A stretch of 64,000 bases of DNA from the human T2T-CHM13v2.0 reference genome, Homo sapiens. Position 1 is the stretch's first letter. Each line of letters begins with the position of its first letter. Of the stretch, positions 57,659 through 64,000 are shown piece after piece. The notes under the pieces are model-generated. The model had not been told where the DNA came from, searched no databases, and was given only the letters and a program-made list of their open reading frames with translations. The stretch lies in the NCBI RefSeq assembly GCF_009914755.1, contig NC_060926.1. One strand, 5' to 3'. The position numbers were made by a program, and so were the translations under genes.

Positions 57659-59728
57659 AGATTCATCTTTAGATCTAGTTTAAAATTCACCTCCCGAGGA
57701 GTCTTTCCTGACACCTTCTCCCTACAGTCCAGGTTAGGTCCCCCTTACATCCCCCAGAGGTTCCCTCTTGGTAACACCCATCCTGCTTGCAATCATGTGC
57801 CAGTATGTGCAAGCAGCTTGAAGAGAGCAGGCCCTCCATAATAATCCGTGAAAAGGATGGAAAGCTGCGTGGGGGGTGTGGTTAGAAAGCCAAATGATGG
57901 GATGCTTCTTCCATCACACGACCTCCCCAACACCATGCCCTGACCCTGGGCTGCCCGCCACAGTCCTCTTCGCTGACTTAGGGCTCATGCGTCATTCTCA
58001 GGGCTTGATTCCCACGGACCCCACATGTCCTGCCCCAAAGCATTCCCAGAATGGAGAAGCCTGGCAGAGGATGCAGCAGATGGGGTTGGAGTCTTGACTC
58101 TGACTTGCTGGGTAGCCTTGAAAATGTGCCATCCTACAAGAAGCACTAACATTTCTTGAGCTCTTACATGTGAGAGACACTTTTCTAAATGTATGTGTGG
58201 ATTAGCTCATTCAAAACCGAACAACCCTATAGGTAGGTGGGGAAACCAAAGCACAGAGATGTGAAACTACTTGCCTATGGTCACACAGCTGTCAAGTGAC
58301 AGGCCCGGGATCCAGCCCAGGCATTGCACTCTCGGCCAGCATGCTACACTTCCTTTCAACACTGCAGAATAAAAGGGCAGTGCTCTTCCCAATTTTGTGC
58401 CTCACACATTACTTTGCAAAACTTTGCAAAAGGAGAGTCTTATTTCAGACCCTGGTGATTCTCATGCAGCCCAGCCTACCTCCCAAACCCACAGTCAGGA
58501 GGCCCTTACAGGTCAACCAAACTAGAGAGAACGAGTTCAGGACCAAAGAGTCAGATTGATGTCTGCATGACCGGAATTGTGCACAAGGAATCCAGAGCTC
58601 ATGAGGACCCTTCTGTCAAAAATGTGTGCTTAGCACTGGGCAGGACACCAACTCCAGGAAACAAAATACATCATCGTCTGCAGCTGGATGTGGCCTTAGA
58701 GAATAGAGCCCACATTTCAGTGAGGTCCAGAAAAGTCGAGTGACCAGCTTGAGACCACTTAGCTGGCTCAGGGCAGAGCCAAAGCTGCACTTGACCCCCA
58801 GCCCCTGCCTGGTGGCTCTTTCAGCCTCACCCTGAGCCCCTTCCCAGTTCCTGAGGACCAGTGAGTCCCTCTGGAAGGAAGGGCCTCCACCTCTAACTCC
58901 TCCAGCACAACATCAAAAAGCCTCAATTGCTAGGCATGCAATTATTTTCTAAATAAACCGTACTTGAATATGTAATAGCAAATGGGAGCACTTGATGAGA
59001 AAATCAAGTTATGCATAATAAATAGCTCTGCTCCTCAGCTAATAAAGTGATTTTTATTCCTAGGACTTGTTAAAACTATGCACTACAGATATATTACTTC
59101 TTAGATGACACAATTGCAGCTTTCCCCATACAGGAACATGTGAACCAATAGATGCAAGCACTCACTCTAGGGCACAAGAACTATCTCAGTCACTTCCTGG
59201 CCTCAGAGTAGCTGGTCAGAGTCCCTGGGCAGTCAGCCCAGGAGTAGAGCCCAAGGAGTAGAGCCCTGTCCCATGACACCATTCCCAGGGAGATCCTCCC
59301 CCAGCATCAGGTCTGGGATACAGAGGATCCCAAGAACCAGGCAGGAGACTGTGGAGTGGGAAAGGGGCCAGCATTTGCTGAGCACCTACTGCATGCCTAC
59401 ATACCTGATCTTTTGATATCTATTGTCTCTTTCCCCACCCTAGCCATACAAGGAGTATATTATTCTCTGCACTTTACAGATCAAGAAATTGAGGCTCATG
59501 AAGGGAACTGCTTTACCAAGCCTGCCCATACCAAACGATGGAAATAGGGTTTGAGCCTAGTCCTATCTGGTGCCAGGACTGCTTCCTCTGTCCAGTCCCT
59601 ACTGCCCCAGTCTCTGGCCCATCCTGGCCATGGGCATCACAGCCAGCCTAGAAAGGATGGGGACTAGGAGAGGAGAGGAAAAGGAGACAGGGGAGGGACA
59701 CAGGCTTTTCTAGTCTTAAAGACACTCA

Positions 59729-60040
<312 letters not shown>

Positions 60041-60316
60041 TAAAGACACTCAAGGAAGCAGCACTCACAGCTGCCTTGGTCCCCAGACTCTTCCCCTTAC
60101 TCTCAGGGAGGGTATAACACCCATAGGGCACTCTACCTGCCAGGCACTGCCCTGGGGAATTGGATACAAAATTTCATCCCTACCTCTCTGTACCCTGTTT
60201 CTCTGCAATCCTCATTTCACCAACGGGAAAGCAGAGGCTCACCAGGATGAGGCACTTTTCCCAGTATCAGTCAGCTGAAGGGATCTATAGAGCCCTCTCT
60301 CCAGTCACAGCAGCTC

Positions 60317-60385
60317 GTCACCCCTGGAGGTCTACCTGCCATCCTTCTTGTGTCACCCCTGGACGTCTACCTGCCATCCTTCTTG
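60317..60385. repeat. 35-bp tandem duplication
   Basis: gtcacccctgga(g/c)gtctacctgccatccttcttg occurs twice. Confidence 0.9.
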
Positions 60386-61699
60386 CTGCAGAGCTCCCTC
60401 CTGCCTACCTCTGTCCTCAGCACAGAGACGAACCTGGCCAAGGCTCCCATTTCCCAGATGTCAACACCAGCCCAGTAAACCACAAATGCATCCTGTGTGC
60501 AGGCCTCCCCAGTCACTCTCAATCTATTAATCCAATCCATCCCAGCACCCCAGCCCAACATGCCACCCAAACCGCCTCATTCCAGGCCCCCTCCCCCACC
60601 CTTTCTTTCTTTGCCCAGAGGACACCTGGCTGCCCGAGTTTGTGTTCCCACAACTGCCCCCAGCATGGGCTTGCCTGGGCCAAGAGGGCCCTCCCGAGGA
60701 CTGGCCAGAACAAGGAAAGGGACAGGAAAGGCCACATCTGGATCACAGCCCTGAAGCCCCCTCCCCCAAACCAGCCATCACTCTCTCAGAGCCCAACAGT
60801 AACCTCAGCCAGGGACGACTTCCTCACCCTCCTGACCCCATGCATGCCTTTGCCTGGCCAAGACAGCCCCACAGGAGCCCCTCTGAGGAAGGGGTCCTCT
60901 CCTCCTCTGACCCCCAGCCCTTCTGCAGCAGGCAGCCCTCTCCCATCCCCCTTTACCCAGGAGCCTCAGCCCAGGTCTGGCCTTAAGACTTTTAACCTTC
61001 ACCACGTGGCCCCCAGGCCTCTCTGCTGGCCCCCCTGGCATCCCCATCCTGAAACCCACCTCCCTGAACCTGGAGCCAAGAGAGAAAGGGGGAAGAGCGG
61101 GCCATGGCTCCCTCCTCCAGGATGGAGAGGTCTTGGTAGCAGGGGAGGGCTGTGGAGGAAGGGATGGCAGTGGGTGGAAGCTGAAACTGGGTGTAGAAGG
61201 AATAAAAGGGATGGACTCTGAGAATTCTCCCACAGCCCAGCTCTTCCAGACTTAATATTTTGGACTACTATTCTTTGCTCCCCAGCCCCACCACTGCCTC
61301 CTCCTCAAGATCTTGGGCTCAGCAACTGAGGGGGGGCGGTGAAGAATTTTCACCCCATTGTAGGATGCAAGTCGGGAGGAAAGGCTCTAAAGAGAAGCAA
61401 ACTTCTCTGTGGCCTCCTTCCACTTACAGCTCTGGGACTCCATTGGGGGGTGGGGGGGTGGGGCAGGGGATGTACTGACCCGGGACCCTGGGCCTGGGCC
61501 CTGTTGGTGGGGAAAGTCTTCCGGCTGAGGGTTGCTCAAGTCAGTCTGTCCTTCTGTAGGTCAGAGACAGAAAGGCCCCTCCTTCAAGACTGACACCCCC
61601 CGACCCCGGGCTCTCAGCAAAAGGATAAGGTGGCAGGGGCCGGTGGGGGGCGGGGGGTTTGAGGAAGAGTAACGTCGCAGCTAAAGCAGCCAGACCTAC

Positions 61700-61732
61700 C
61701 CAGAGCATGCAGGACAGACAGATCCACGTCAT
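61700..61732 (-). CDS. TNS1: Tensin 1, first coding exon of a long C1-containing isoform (MTWICLSCMLW)
   Basis: ATG at 61732 with A at -3 (caaagATG) and an in-frame TGA 18 nt upstream (61748-61750). Eleven codons precede the donor TGG|GTAGGT (GT at 61699-61698). Phase 0 matches the next exon. The peptide is recalled as the TNS1 long-isoform N-terminus. Confidence 0.85.
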
Positions 61733-62000
61733 CTTTGCTGGGTCCCGTCACTGAGGCACGCCCAGGGCCTGTGAAGAGCCCCTGAAGCTAGAGTCCCCGC
61801 GGCGCTGGCAGAAGGGCTCTCTGAGTCCGCGGCTGCTCCGGCTCCGCCAGCATCTGCTGGGCCTCTCGCCCTGCTGCCTCCAGCTCACCCTCCCTCCTCC
61901 TCCTCCTCCCCCCACTCCACCCCTCGTCCCAGCCTCCTCTCTCCTCCCTCCTCCCAGGCTCCACCGGTGGCCTTGAGGGTCAGGAACCCTGCTTTGCAGG
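61733..62000 (-). promoter_or_regulatory. TNS1: 5' UTR and promoter region of the MTWICL first exon
   Basis: GC-rich with several CpGs and GGA/GGGA tracts (61890-61955), directly upstream of the ATG. The exact TSS cannot be determined from sequence. Confidence 0.55.
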
Positions 62001-64000
62001 GGGTGTAAAGGGGACAGGGAAAAGGGAAAGCTACCAGAGGCAGGGCCCCCCCAGGCCGTGCCCCCCACCCCCGGACACACAACCCCTGTGTGCCACCAAG
62101 GCTCCTCAGTCTTCTGATCTGGTGCTGGTAGGCCTGGAGTCCTCCCTCCTCACTGCAGACCCCCGCCCCTGGCAAACCAGCCTGGGGGCCTTCACTCCTG
62201 GAACCCTCCAGACCACTGATGGATGAACAGACAGCCCCAGGCCCACACAATCAGCACACTCAGGGTGCCTTGGCCCCTCCCCTTCTCTGAGTACCCGTGC
62301 CTGCCTTCCTGGCCTCCTCGGAACACACATGCATTTGCACACACAGACTGGGACAGACTCTGGTGCCCACGCGCCAAGCTCAGAGCCCAGGACAGGCCTT
62401 AACACAGAAGAAATAGGGCCCGAGACTGGGGAAGAATGGCCCTGCCCCCAGGCTGTGGGTTTCATTCCAATTTTTTTCCTATTTCTTTTTTTTTCCCCCT
62501 TCTTTCTTTCTTTCCTGCAAACATCTGTCCCAGCCTTTCCTGCCCTTCTGAAAGGGAGCCCCGCTCCAGGCTCCCGCGAGAGTGTGTTTTTCTTGACTGT
62601 ACCCGGGGCCAACATTTGGTTTGCATTTCCCCACTTCCTCCCCCTCCTCCCCTCTCCCCCTCCCTGGGCCCAGTTCTCCCCTCCCACCATTCCACAGGCC
62701 TATTTCTTCCCCACAGTGTCCCCTGCCCACCAGCCCTCCCCTCCCCTCGCCCCCACCTCTGCCCAGGGACAATTGTTGGGGGTCTAGAGGGTGGAAAGGA
62801 GGCTGGGTCAAAACCCAAAAGTATTCCCACGGAGCACTAAGGGGGAATCCAGCAAAGTCTGCCCCAGGCCTTCATTGTCTGGAACCACCACGTTCCCCTC
62901 CAAAAAAAACCCTTCCTCTTTGAGCTCTGGCCTTGGCTGGACCAACTGAGGGTGGGTGGGGGCCAGTGAATCACCCGCTCTGTTCTTTGGAGCTGTCCAG
63001 GAGAAGGAGGGAGGGTTCAGCCCCACACCCTCCTGTGGACACACACACACACAAGGACACAGTCCAACTCACGTCAACACATAAGAGCCCTCCCAGAGTA
63101 GGCACTTGGAGACCTCGTTCCTAGACTGAGTCACTTAGCAAGAAAAGTTCTCTTGCCTGGCCTCCTATGCACACTGTGCTATACATGCCCTGGGGCCACA
63201 TGCACGGAGGGTTACAGATCCCCTGCCTCCCCCCCCCACTCACCCAAGGCCATGCCATGCCGCTCTCTGTCAGCACCACATACCGTGCAACTACCAGCCT
63301 CCTCTTTCACAGGGATCTGCCCAGCCACTTGTGCCAACTCCCAGCCCAGGGACCACCCAAGACATCTACCTGGGAAACCCCAGAATGAAGGGGAAACACT
63401 GACTCTTCATCTGAAAAAAAGACTGCAGTATTCAGATACACAGGTTGTCCACAGCACAAGGGACTAACCATCTATTGTTTGGTGGTTCTGAGAAGTCAGG
63501 GGAGGACACTGAAGTGAAGTGTCAGTTTCCAGCCCTTCCTAAAGCAGGTACCTGAGTGAAGAGTCTTTGTTCCGGTAGAGGAGTCAGGGTCCTCTCTCCA
63601 TACTTCTCCAAGTCCTCCAGAGCTCTGGGGCTGGGAAAGATCCTGCCTCTAGTGTCCTTCCCTGCCAGGATCACAATGCCCCTCTGGACCCCCTACTCTA
63701 AGCCTCCTGGGGCTTCACTGACATTTTAGCCAACGCTGAAATGAACCAGTGTTCCACATGCAGTTGGCCCTGCAGTCACAGCTGGGGATGTCCATAGACA
63801 GAAACCTCTGCAAACCCTCCCGTCTCCCCTGGCTGGAGCACCAGGCAAGCAAAGGGGAGTGGTCTTCAGGAGGCCTCTCTGAGAGCCCCTGAGCCCCTCC
63901 TCAGCCACTATCACCAGCTCTGCCAGGCTGCCCTTGTCCCCTGACAAGTTCAAGCCTTCAGCCAGCTAAGCCCTGACATCCCAGTGCCCACTCACACCAA

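Noticed and set aside
60160-61221. 353-aa plus-strand ORF
   Set aside because: It has a non-ATG (TTG) start in MIR-like sequence, includes a tandem duplication, is Pro/Ser-rich from C-rich DNA, and has no domain.

Overview
Mammalian genomic DNA of primate type, most likely human, judged from Alu, L1M, MIR, L2, MLT and MER repeats. The window covers the 5' part of the tensin 1 gene (TNS1) on the minus strand. Three small coding exons splice in frame through canonical GT-AG sites: 61732-61700, 49910-49796 and 37656-37619. Together they encode [62 protein letters not shown], the N-terminus and most of an atypical C1 zinc finger. I found no next coding exon in the window. A probable internal non-coding first exon and promoter lies near 2.7-3.1 kb, with two consensus CArG boxes upstream. 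A CpG island surrounds exon 3, and a strong CTCF motif lies at 52.9 kb. The rest is intron rich in nested transposons, microsatellites and two minisatellites. Almost all ORFs in the supplied track are spurious. I see no evidence of a prokaryote-type system such as CRISPR or of a new protein-coding gene. The most unusual items are a possible Alu read-through cassette inside a MER30, a two-unit minisatellite that arose from a MIR, and a 1-kb GU-rich array next to the exon 2 donor. Repeat family names and gene identity come from recognition, not from a database search.
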